A program made the position numbers and the translations under genes. A stretch of DNA of 64,000 bases. Origin: Guillardia theta CCMP2712 (lineage: Eukaryota; Protista; Cryptophyta). Under the pieces are notes generated by a model. The model was not told the origin of the DNA, did not search any database, and saw nothing but the letters and a program-made list of their open reading frames with translations. The DNA is taken from assembly GCF_000315625.1 (NCBI RefSeq), contig NW_005434648.1:658974-722973 (forward strand). Direction: 5' to 3'. Shown here piece by piece: positions 1 to 10,800 of the stretch (position 1 is its first letter; every line of letters starts with the position of its first letter).

Positions 1-8
1 CTCCTCTC

Positions 9-39
<31 letters not shown>

Positions 40-3000
40 CGTCTCTCTGTCTCTCTCTCTCTTCTCGTTACTCGTGTCCTTCTTGTTCCTCCCCTCCCTT
101 CCCCCCTCCTTTCCTCCTCTCTTCTTCTGCTCTGCTCTCTCTTCCTCATTTCGCTTCAGACGTTCATGATCCACTTACTCTGTCGAGATCGCTGTCTTCC
201 CTCCACAGATGAGGTCAGATGGGTAGCTGAAACAAAGGCGATGAGCGCAGCAACCAGATTGAAATACAGGACAGACAAACAAGAGAATCCGAAAAAACAC
301 AGAGATAAGACACAGCGAGAAAATACAGTAATAAGACAAAGAGCGTGAAAACAATAAGACAGAGGATAGAAACTGAGCAAGAGGATAGAAACTGAGCAAG
401 GGAGATGAGACCATGATGGAATGGTACAGGAGGAGAGGTTATAGAAAGAATATTCATCTCATCCTCACATCATCATAAACATCCTCACATCCACACCCTT
501 CTAATGAGCAGCAGCAGCAGCAGCATCAGCATCTTCAGCAGCAGAAACAACAACTACCGGATATCCCATTTCTCATCACAGATGCTTGCAAGGATCGATG
601 TACTGTAATCTTGCCCCCACTCGAGGCACCTTCCTTTCTGCACAGCATTCTTGTCAACGCATCTCCTCTCCCTTCCTCCCAGCCCGCTGCATCCTGCCAC
701 TCTTCCTGCCCCTCCTCTTTCCTCTCCTCCTGCCCATGCTCGAGCTCGAGCTCGACCTCCTGCCCTTGCCCTTGCCCCTACTCGTGCTCCTGCTCGGGCG
801 CTACCGGGATCAAGTGTTCGACTTGGCGCATGAAGCGCATGATTGCATATCGAGGAAGCACAAGGAGGTTGAGTGGACCTCCGAGCTTCACTTCCTCGCT
901 GCGCTCCTCCCGCTCGTTGCCCCAGGTTGAGTTCTCTCCTGCCGTCTTGTCAACTGAAAAGAGAGATGGTGAATGTGATGATGACGACGATGATGATGGT
1001 AATGATGATGGCGGTGATAATGATGATGCAATGTATTACCTATTGGAAGTAACCTTGCTCGGAAGAGGGCACGATGGAGTCGCAAGTACACCTTGGAGGT
1101 ACAATGAGGATTTGAACAAGAATGTCAAGAGAAATCAAGCACAATCGTATCGCTTTACACTCTGAAGACTGTTGATGTCATGGGTACACATTCATCATCT
1201 CTTTCGTCAGCTTTGTCATCATCATTTTCATCATCATTTAAGTTCAAAAACTAATCCTTATCATCATATGTCGCAGTCATCATCATCGTCATCGTCATCA
1301 TCGTCATCAACATCATCATTTTCATCATCATCATCGTCATCGTGAACATCATCAGCAAGTAGCATGAAACTAATTTTCACATCATCGCTTCGCAGTTTCA
1401 CCTCTTGCAACAGATTCTTAGTGTTTGCTCTTGGCACTAGAGGACTTCCGTCCAGCACAGTAGACAGTTTCCCAGGAAGCGCCGCCATGATCTCAGTCAT
1501 GTCTTCCTTCCTCAGTCCCAACGCTTTCTCCAGCTCTCCTCTTGCAGAGCTTTCACGTTGTTCGTTCTTGCACGTCTTGGTGGACAAGTCGTCGATGATA
1601 GCCCTGAGCTCTTCAGCTTCTCCTTCTATGTCTCTCAGTCGCTGAAGCAGCTCGTCGTATTTCTCTTGGGACGCTCCAGCCGCCGCTGGTTCCTCCTTGT
1701 GAGATTTCTGACATGTTTTCAGTGCATTCGGACGAGAAGCTCTCTGCTCACCCGATCGTTGTTGCTCCTCACCACCCTCACGAGGTTGACCGCCTTTGAC
1801 AATCGAACTCGTGAGCGAACATGAAAGATGAAAACAACCGACTCACTTGCTGTGGTGAAGTCACACCGTTGGGCAGCGCGGGACAGAGAGTGATGTTGTA
1901 TACACCTTGAAAGGTTCAGTCGACACAGCAGATTCCTCACATGTTCTCAGACCAACACTCAATGCAAACAGCTGCACTCGGACGATGCGAGAGTCGGGAT
2001 GGGAACAAACAGTTTGACGGAACTTGCCGTTGACAAACACCAGGAGGCAAGTTGAAAGGAGATGCTCGCCCTCTCCAGGAGAGCTGAGAAATCGACATCA
2101 AACCCTCACATAGAGCCGATAGCCCAGCTCTACCTGCAGTCGGTCATATCGACTTCAGCTGTAAAATCCACTGTTTCATCTGCATCAACAACCTCCTCGA
2201 CATGCTCGTCGTCCTACATAATCAAGTCTCAACTCAACTCAACCATCCACAGGAGGTTTGCCTCCTTTGGTCTCATGACATGAAAGGTGCTTACAAGAAG
2301 TGCAGGAGCCTGTTTACAGAGAGTTTCCTTGGACCAAGTAAAGGAAGCAACAGAATCATTCACAGGAAATAATCGCCCCTGCATGAGCTCAATTTACTTC
2401 CCAGACAAGGCAAAGCAAAAACATCACCTCTTGATGCAACAGCTGGCTCAATTCAAATCCATTCACTTGGCTCATACTCATCTTGAACAGCCCAAAATCT
2501 TGCAGAAATGCAAATCGATCGAACACCATCAATGTCTCCTTGAACCAAAAAGCCTCAGAATTTTTCACCTGCACTCTCTTCAGACGGCAACAACAAGTAT
2601 AACACAAACTTGACCACTTCTCTGACCCACTTGGTGTCTTCTTCGTGGAAGCGGAACCCATTCACAAACAGCTTGCGGATGACCTGGAGGTAAAAGCTGA
2701 GCAGCAATATCGTCTCCTCCTCTCTTCTCATCACGTATGAGTTCTCTCTGCAGTTCAGGTGCCCGTGCCCTCGCCCTGGTGCACACGCACTTGGAAGGGC
2801 CCAGCTTATCACCAGCCGCTGAGAGCGAGTGAGGAGGAGACAGCGACAGGCATCGCGTTACAGAGCGGCAGAACTTGATGATGTTGTCGAGGTAGACATC
2901 CTCGTCTTCCTACTCGCATGTCTCTGTCAGAGATCGCAAGACTCGAAGCGGCAGGCACACCGGAGAAAGGTGTTCAGCTACCTCGAGCGACATCACGTTG

Positions 3001-3551
3001 CCAAGGGGAAGTTCCAAGGACAAGGGCTCCGACAGATCTCCCTACATCCTAAGTCTCAGGACGTAGACAAGGGAGCCGCTCGCATGCCTTCATGATCGGC
3101 TTGTAGTAGGCGATATCTTGAATCCCGTCGGTCCCCTCGATCCCGTACACTTGATACCTTGAACATGTCACACCAACAGCCTTGCGGGTCTCAGGGCTCT
3201 TCTTCACCCAAGTTCCGAGAGTTTGGAGATGTAGAATCCTTTCCCGCAACCAAAGTCGATCACTGGCAGTTCTTCGATGGACTTGCTTGTCAGTCCCAGC
3301 GCAAAGACGCAAAACAGAACCTTTCTGGAGCATTCTCGGCAGCGCTTGCGCTAGTTCGGACGAATGAAAGTGCATGACTTGTGCATCACTGAGAGGCCAG
3401 ATGGTGACAGGCTTCTCGTTGTGAGGCTGATGGCCAACCGTCAGTCAACAAACACCCAGTTGGACTAGTCGACCAGGTCCTTGTTGATGGGGAGCAGATC
3501 TGAGTTCACCATCCTGACGAGACAGAAGACAAGACATGCTCGTCCAAGCAT
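1..3551 (-). CDS. Multi-exon secreted protein with an N-terminal class I SAM-dependent methyltransferase domain and a probable second methyltransferase domain; 3' end probably runs off the left edge
   Basis: Spliced translation from ATG 3551: signal-like MLGRACLVFCLVRMVNS, then ELPVIDFGCGKGFYI (SAM motif I), YQVYGIEGT, NVMSLEVAEHLSP, ISWALP..GHGHLNCRENSY, FWFKETLMVF. Exons at about 800-930 and 560-640 give PRYAIMRFMRQVEHLIP-KGRCLEWGQDY, a second motif-I-like segment. The exon near 180-230 ends in a GTAAGT donor. Confidence 0.7.
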
Positions 3552-4688
3552 CGAGGTCTTCTCACTCGCTTTCTGAGCGTCTCGACAGACCTCTAACGCC
3601 CTCTGCTCTTTTCACGCCTCTTTCCCATCATCCTTGATGTTTTCCCCGGCATGGAATTTTGCGGCCCTCATCCCCTGAAGGGTGTAAAAGAATCAGTCAG
3701 AGTTCAGCGGCGCTCAGGAGGCGGATGTATGGGGACCCTGCCTTTCATGGTCTGTGTGCTCGCCGTGTCTGTTTCGGCAGTATTGAGCTCGCATGGGTTT
3801 TGCCGTCCTCGTACTGCTCTTGTCCTGATCCTTGTTCCCCTGCTTGTCGTGCATGCCGTCGCTTGCGTGGTTGGATTGGAGATTTTCACTGCCTCCTACT
3901 TTTCCTAGTTTGCTGTTGAGGCGGATTTGTTGTTATTCCCTTTCCTCCTTCGTTTGCTCCGGTTTGCCTTTCCCATTTAAGTCATTCGTTAGTGATCGAC
4001 TAGACAGAGGCCCTGCGGTAGCCTGAAGCTATCAGCCAGTTGTTGAGGTGAAGCATCCTTGCGATGAACTAGTGAGATCAAATCGAGGGAAAGCGGTTGA
4101 AAGTGGGGCAGGAGTTTGAGACGATTTACAACAAGTCAACTGAAAAGCCAGCCCCCCGGCACTCTCAAGCCCTGCCTTGACCTTCCGCAGTTCCGGGAAG
4201 GACGAGGAGGAGGACGAGGGGGATGAGGGGGACGAGGGGGACGAGAAGGACGAGAAGGCCTTCAGCGCGACGGTGAGGTATCAAATTCACAACAAATACA
4301 AAACAACGACTTTCAAACAGCACGCATGAGGTTCTGATAGACTAGTTACTGAGCAATGAAATAATCCAAGTCGAAGAGTTCCTTAGGTTTTTTGTTGAAA
4401 TGCAGAAGTGTCATGCCGTTGAAGCTATTTCAGGCTCCGAGATCAAATCGAAGCTTTGAGCAGCAGTCTATTGATCACTCAAGATGAAGAAATGTGAATA
4501 TCAATTCACATCTGACACTTTCATTTATCGACTCCAAGAAAGCCTAACACAACACGAATCACATCATGTGAGAATTTGCTTCTTGATGATGTGCTTCAGT
4601 CCTTAAGATAAGATTACATGTGTACCGCTGCATACACCTATGTACATTCTGCTTCGGCAGCATCAAAGAAATTCACAGCCGTTGTAGT

Positions 4689-4937
4689 TTACATCCCCTG
4701 GATCATTACATCCTCGCACAGTGAGCGGGATCGGGTCAAGCCGACCGTCACTTCCGTCCTCCTGCAGGCCTCCACGAGCACCTCGTCGTCGAGCATGTCG
4801 CCGATGAAGCGGTTGTAGCGCTGCTGCCGGGTGGCGAGGGGCTTGGCGTGAACGTACTCGAAGCCGAGGGAGTCATCATCGTCGATGGGGGACTGGAGGA
4901 GGAGCTTAGGGGGAGGAACGGGGAGGGATGACTGCAT
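4689..4937 (-). repeat. Micro-gene repeat copy A (PKLLLQSPIDDDDSLGFEYVHAKPLATRQQRYNRFIGDMLDDEVL family)
   Basis: 4709-4910 is the near-identical reverse complement of 6812-7014; both ORFs start ATGCAGTCATCCCT. Confidence 0.9.
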
Positions 4938-5097
4938 ACTTGGGGCTGTTTGAGAGCAAGAAGCGAGGATAGGGAGGAGAATGTCGCAGCAAGAGAGTCG
5001 CTTGTACGCGTTGGAGTGAGGAGCGGGGGAGGGGCAGGTGTATTTTTACGAGAGCCGGTTACACCGGCCCCAGCTGCTGTAAAGCTGCAATCCAACT

Positions 5098-5505
5098 TTA
5101 CTGCTCCACTCGAGCCGATCTGAGGCGGACCTGTTTGGACCCGCTGAGCTCTGACTCTTGGATCAGTCTTGAAGGATCTCCTCTCATGTCAATTATACGG
5201 ATCTGATCAAGAGTTGTGCCTCGTGATAGGGCGATGTATGCCTGCCCATTCTCAAAGAAAGAGTCTCCAAGATCTATCTCTAAGGCATCTAGCGTCATTC
5301 CTTGGCTCTTGTGGATAGATATAGCATATGCTATCTTGAGAGGCATGAATTCTATCCAATTTGTCATGCGCTTGTTGGTATAATCCTTTGTATAGGGAAT
5401 GATGACCTTCTTTCCATTGACAAGGGTAAGTTTGACCTCCTCCTCATCGGAAATATCATCCACTACACCCCTGCTTCCATTCACAATCCCTTCGGTTATA
5501 AGCAA
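5098..5505 (-). pseudogene. Truncated, intronless PIF1-family (SF1B) helicase C-terminal fragment
   Basis: GIVNGSRGVV, MPLKIAYAISIHKSQGMTLD and GQAYIALSRG are PIF1/RecD C-terminal motifs. No Walker A/B, no ATG start (TTG), and visibly more AT-rich than host exons. Confidence 0.85.
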
Positions 5506-5506
5506 C

Positions 5507-5749
5507 GTAAGACCTCAGGGACTTGTTGCGTCGCTCAGCCTCACTGACGCTCCTCGCGCCTCACAGGGCTGAAGCTGCCCAAGTACAACGTGGATGAAGA
5601 AGATCTCTCCGAGTACGGCAAGCGCCTAGGGCTCAAGGGTGGGTGGATGGCGAACACTGGCAGACAAGAAGCAAACGTCGATCCGCGAGGACCTCAACAG
5701 CATCGCCAAGAACGCTGCTCAGAATAGCGAAGCGCCAAGCTCGCAGTGA
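5507..5749 (+). pseudogene. Duplicated last two exons of the FMC1-like gene
   Basis: Encodes GLKLPKYNVDEEDLSEYGKRLGLK and DKKQTSIREDLNSIAKNAAQNSEAPSSQ*, as at 9091-9310. The 5' exons are missing and the last intron has a 35-nt deletion. Confidence 0.85.
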
Positions 5750-5828
5750 GCCTGGAGATGCTCGATGATGTGAATATCGTGTCATTACATTACAACCACA
5801 AAAACTCTTCTTCCGTATGAGAAGTACG

Positions 5829-5922
5829 CTATGCTATGCTATGCTATGCTATGCTATGCTATGCCATTCTATGCTATGCTATGCTATGCTATGCTATGCT
5901 ATGCTATGCTATGCTATGCTAT
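5829..5922. repeat. (CTATG)n pentanucleotide microsatellite, about 19 units
   Basis: Direct reading; the counterpart (CATAG)n at 8975-9010 has about 7 units. Confidence 0.95.
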
Positions 5923-5987
5923 GTAGCAGACGAGAAGGGGCAAGATCGATGAAAAACCGTCCGTACAATGGAGCTTCTTTTCCTCCT

Positions 5988-6389
5988 TTAGCGCGCGACG
6001 CTGGCCGACCATGCGTTTCTTCTGCATACCTCCTCATCCAGTAGCAGAGGCTTCTCCAGTAGACTCTCGACCAAAGAGCGCGAGCGCGAGAACCTCGCGC
6101 CTTGAAGCTTGCTGCAGCGCTCGATGAGGACCTCGTCGTCGAGCATGTCGCCGGTGGAGCGGTTGTGATGCTGCTGCCTGGAGGTGACGAGGGGCTTGGC
6201 GTGGACGTACTCGAAGTCAAGGGAGTCATCATCGTCGATAGGGGACTGGAGGAGGAGCTTGGGGGTCGAGGAAGAGATCGAGGAAGGAGGAGTAGAGAGA
6301 GGAAAGGGAGATGAAAGTATGGAGATCATGGAAAGAGCTGAGGTGGATGGTCGGTAGGGAACTGGCAGAGACTTAGGCAGGGATAGCAA
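5988..6389 (-). repeat. Micro-gene repeat copy B
   Basis: ORF shares SSISSSTPKLLLQSPIDDDDSLDFEYVHAKPL..RQQHHNRSTGDMLDDEVLIERCSKLQ with ORF 8300-8860 and is homologous to copy A. Confidence 0.88.
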
Positions 6390-6767
6390 CGAGAGGTCCG
6401 AGGGTTCGGGAGGCGGATATGTATCCCGACCCTACCCCTACCCCCTTTTAAACCCATTAGCTACCCCACCTGTAGGTGTAACCAATCAAGGTTCCGCCCT
6501 TTACACCTGCTACCCCAGTACCCGTGATGATGTCAGCGGGCGCTGGGGGAACAATGGAAGGTACAGTCATCATCGCCGCTGACTGTCACGAGTACAACCT
6601 TTGTCTTACGGATATGCTAATGACTAAATATCTCAGTCAGCTTCCGTCTGGTTCGTGCAGTGATCGGGAACGGATAGAGATATCTCTTTACTCCGCAACG
6701 TATCTCCCTCCGCTCGTGTGCTACTTCTCCGCCTCACTGCTCCCTTGATTCAGCTTCCATCGTCACC

Positions 6768-7055
6768 ATGCAGTCATCCCTTCTTGATCCCCTCTCGCCC
6801 ACTGCTATGAACCCCAAGCTCCTCCTCCAGTCCCCTATCGACGATGATGACTCCCTCGGCTTCGAGTACGTCCACGCCAAGCCCCTCGCCACCCGGCAGC
6901 AGCGCTACAACCGCTTCATCGGCGACATGCTCGACGACGAGGTGCTCGTGGAGGCCTGCAGGAGGACGGAAGTGACGGTCGGCTTGACCCGATCCCGCTC
7001 ACTGTGCGAGGATGCGAAGATCTCACTTTTCTGGAGCATGATCGTTGCATCATGA
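6768..7055 (+). repeat. Micro-gene repeat copy A-prime
   Basis: Same peptide core as 4689-4937 in the opposite orientation. Confidence 0.9.
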
Positions 7056-8527
7056 CAGCGTAATGTTGTGCTACAGTATGGAGACTTGCGAATATGTGGC
7101 AGGATAGAGCATCTTTGAACAGAGCAGGGAGTGGCAGTTGGCTAGCAAACCTGTTGCTCTCAACATCCTGAAGATGGACACTGCCTCCCGAAGTTCTGTG
7201 TAAATGTGAAAAAGTGAAAGGGATCTGGGAACGAAGAATGAAGCAGCGCGAGAGAAAAAGAGAAGCTCTCGTCTATACTGCCAAAGCTTATCAGTCCACC
7301 TCGTTGGAGTATTGTAATTTGTTGCTGCTTAGCATGTCAAATCATTGTATAAATCCTGCTTGAGCATGCACTTGCTGCCCAGTGAAGGGAGTACTAAATC
7401 CTGTGGACAAGAGTGACAGTGCAGAATCAGAGCCCTAGCAGAGTGACTCGCATCAGACAAGACCTACCAAGCTAAGGGACAGCATTCAAGGCTAGGCTTA
7501 GCCTTGATCATCTACAAATTCAGGCAAAGGATCGTTTAGCCCCAAGGATATAGTGATAGTCTTTGAAATAATTTGACCCAACTAACTTGAATGTCACTGA
7601 AAGTTGAATGAAGATTCAACTTTGTCAAGACTTTGTACATGTGGTTGCCAGCCATACTCTCCCTTCATCAAAGTGCTTGGCCTTTGGTCGAGTTGGAAGT
7701 CCGTCAAGCATTGCAGTTCAACGGTTTCGAATACAGGCTGAGTGGCTCCAGTACTGCTGTCGCCCTACTGCACTGCGGCAAGACATGTTGGATGAAGTCT
7801 GCGGGGCTGGCAGCCTAGTCACTGATTGGTGGCACGGAGCCGGCTCAGCGTGCTACGGTGTGCCGCTGCGGCCGCTGTAACCGCCCCGCGTGCTAGTGTG
7901 CCGCACCGGCACAGCCCGCTTCAAGGCAAGGCTAAGTTACTTTCACTGAGCCTGATGGCAGGCCCCGGACAGGCTGGCCCACGCGGCCCCACCGCGGCCC
8001 GGCGTCACTGACCCGGACATGTTTGAGCAATGACTCAGACGGACAAGTTATCGGAACAGTCGGACGGTCAAGTTTCGACTCACATTGGAATGTTCTCGAA
8101 ATATCCGATTACTGAGACTACAAGGCTGCCTGTCACGTGATCGTGACCTTGTTCATAGTTAGGGGAACACGGACCTGCGGAATCCTAAAAGTCTCGGCGA
8201 AGGGATTTCATCGCGCTGGCTCCTAGTAACGTGACGTGTATCCTTAGGACTTTTTCAAGGAACTTTACAAGACAATCACTTGAAATGGAGTGATTTCATT
8301 TGCAAGCGGTCACGAGAGCGGGTCACGAGGGCAGTGGCTTCTTCACCCGCATGATATCTAGAAGGGGATATCTACCTGACCTTGCTGGCCCGTCCTCATC
8401 CTCTCGTGCGCTCACTTCTCCTTCCACGCCTCCCTCCCCTCCCTCTCCTCCTCGCTGTTTGGTCAAATCTCCATCACTTCTTCATCCTTCCCCTTCTCCG
8501 GCTCCTCCTGATCCCATCGGCAGCATA

Positions 8528-8979
8528 ATGTACTCCCTATCTGCGATCTCCTTCCCTCCCTCTCCCTCATCGATCTCTTCCTCGACCCCCAAGCTCCTCC
8601 TCCAGTCCCCCATAGACGATGATGACTCCCTTGACTTCGAGTACGTCCACGCCAAGCCCCTCGCCACCTCCAGGCAGCAGCATCACAACCGCTCCACCGG
8701 CGACATGCTCGACGACGAGGTCCTCATCGAGCGCTGCAGCAAGCTTCAAGGCGCGAGGTTCTCGCGCTCGCGCTCTTTGGTCGAGAGTCTACTGGAGAAG
8801 CCTCTGCTACTGGATGAGGAGGTATGCAGAAGAAACGCATGGTCGGCCAGCTTCGCATGAGAGAGGTTCTTGTTGGAGGAAGAACCGGCTCAGATGAGAT
8901 TGACTTGAAGCTTGAAGGGGAACATCGCCTTGTTCCAACGGTTTTTTATCGATCTCGCCCCTTCTCGTCTGCTACATAG
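8528..8979 (+). CDS. Micro-gene copy B-prime, possibly an intact small spliced gene of unknown function
   Basis: ATG 8528 (MYSLSAISF..), shared core, GTATGC donor near 8822, then a last exon VLVGGRTGSDEIDLKLEGEHRLVPTVFYRSRPFSSAT* ending at TAG 8977-8979. Confidence 0.45.
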
Positions 8980-9368
8980 CATAGCATAGCATAGCATAGC
9001 ATAGCATAGCGTACTTCTCATACGGAAGAGAAGAGTTTTTGTGGTTGTAATGTAATGACACGATATTCACATCATCGAGCATCTCCAGGCTCACTGCGAG
9101 CTTGGCGCATCGCTATTCTGAGCAGCGTTCTTGGCGATGCTGTTGAGGTCCTCGCGGATCGACGTTTGTTTCTTGTCTGCCAGTGTTCGTGTCAGCCACA
9201 CCAGACGGGCCATCCCAACAGTCTCCATCCACCCACCCTTGAGCCCTAGGCGCTTGCCGTACTCGGAGAGATCTTCTTCATCCACATTGTACTTGGGCAG
9301 CTTCAGCCCTGTGAGACGCGAGGAGTGTCAGTGAGGCTGAGCGACGAAACAAGTCCCTGAGGTCTCAC
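8566..9368. repeat. Right arm of the inverted duplication (partner 5507-6285)
   Basis: Reverse-complement match as described; contains the convergent 3' ends of B-prime and FMC1. Confidence 0.92.
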
Positions 9369-9866
9369 CGACGCGGCTGGACGTGTTCTCAATCCTCTGC
9401 CTAGCGCTGATACCCCTCACTAGCACAAGAAACCAAGTCATGAATCGAAACAAGTAGAAATCCTAATGTCCCAGACAGACAACCACAGATCCTCACCTGC
9501 ATCTCCTCCAAACTGAGAAAGGAGAGCCTTGCGTTGCACAAGCGCATCAAGATACTGCTTGTATGCCTCAAGGTCCTGACAAGCCATGCACATGAGAAGA
9601 GGTCAACAGCTGCAAATGCTTACAAGAAAAGCTTCCTTGCTTTCTGCTTCATTCTTTCTCGCGGGTTCAACTCTCTCCTTGCAGGCATTGACAAGGAATC
9701 TTCTGTATGGTGAGATTTCGCCCTATTGTTGTCGCTCAGGATTTACACGTGAAGCTCGTATTTGAAATACCGTGGGATTCCCATTTCTTCCTTTGAAATG
9801 TTGATGAAGAATCCGAATCGTCTTCCGCAATTCATTCGATAGCTTCATCGTGTTCTGGGTAGACAT
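9091..9866 (-). CDS. FMC1: FMC1-like mitochondrial ATP synthase assembly factor
   Basis: Spliced product MSTQNTMKLSNELRKTIRILHQHF..SPYRRFLVNACKE..DLEAYKQYLDALVQRKALLSQFGG..SARQRIENTSSRVGLKLP; the Y..YL helix and the RVGLxLP tail are typical of Fmc1/C7orf55. Confidence 0.7.
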
Positions 9867-10370
9867 CCTTGGAAACTTTCAAACCATGTTACCCTATTCG
9901 AATCTCCTCACAACTGAGATCTTGTTTTTTATGCTCTCTATCCCCGTTTGATTGCTCTACCTGTCAATCTCCATCCTCCCGGTTCATGCTGCCCCTATCT
10001 CTCATCCCCTCCCCTTTCCTCCTCTCCCCTTCTCCTCCAAGTCTCCTCATGTGCCATTCAAGATCCGCATCAGTCTCGCCCTCACTGAAATCCATTCCAT
10101 GTTCTCCTTTCCTCTCACTTTCTATTTCTCTCGCGCTTTCAACCTCTTCCTCTCACTCTCTTTTCATTCACCTCTTCATCCATCTCCTCCTCTCCTATTT
10201 TTCCCTTCGGTCTTCCTTTTAAAGATAATATTGTAATGATCGATCATAGGCATGATCATTCTTACCATCTCATGATGACAGTTCCAATTTCTATCCTCCT
10301 GCTCCTGCTCCTGCTCATCCCACCATCCATCCCATCTTCTCGGAAATGACATCTCTTTCTCTCTAACTCG

Positions 10371-10548
10371 TTGCTGCCCGCTGCTACTGCCCCTGCCCGA
10401 TGCTACTGCCCCTGCCCGCTGCTACTGCCCCTGCCCGCTGCTGGCCCTGCTGCCTGCTGGCCCTGCTGCCTCTGTCTGATGCTGTGCTCCTGCTCCTGCT
10501 CCTGCCCCTGCCCCTGCCCCTGCCCCTGCCCCTGCCCCTGCCCCTGCC

Positions 10549-10627
<79 letters not shown>
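10371..10627. repeat. (CCTGCT/CCTGCC)n hexamer microsatellite with degenerate 21-bp units upstream
   Basis: Direct reading. Confidence 0.95.
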
Positions 10628-10628
<1 letters not shown>

Positions 10629-10800
10629 CACGCGCAACACCATTTTGTTGTCGTATGAGGGGGTAGGGGTGGGTACCTAACCCCGTACTAGAAAGATATT
10701 TTTGTTATGATGATACCGGTACTCATGTTTTGTGGTCACCGCCATGGTTCGTTGGGGACCCCTACCTGCCGGATCTTGCTCTGGTTGATTCACTGATGCG

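Larger units (their letters stand above)
5507..6285. repeat. Left arm of an approximately 0.8 kb inverted duplication (partner 8566-9368)
   Basis: 5510-5962 matches the reverse complement of about 8938-9365, and 6000-6281 matches about 8570-8851, with a few substitutions and indels. Confidence 0.92.

Noticed and set aside
362-400. 20-bp tandem duplication (also a 15-bp one near 17785-17813)
   Set aside because: Ordinary slippage duplications in non-coding DNA.
3651-4275. Possible plus-strand gene with a hydrophobic ORF and an acidic exon (SGKDEEEDEGDEG)
   Set aside because: Splice-like signals exist, but I could not build a consistent reading frame or recognise a product.
5817-6044. MLCYA repeat ORF or CRISPR-like array
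   Set aside because: Pentanucleotide microsatellite with no spacers.
4600-9400. Intact autonomous Helitron or Polinton
   Set aside because: No Rep/HUH, polymerase, integrase or capsid ORF and no clear termini; only a helicase fragment is present.
10371-10666. Cys/Pro, poly-Leu and Ala-Gly ORFs resembling metallothionein or silk
   Set aside because: All are readings of a hexamer microsatellite.
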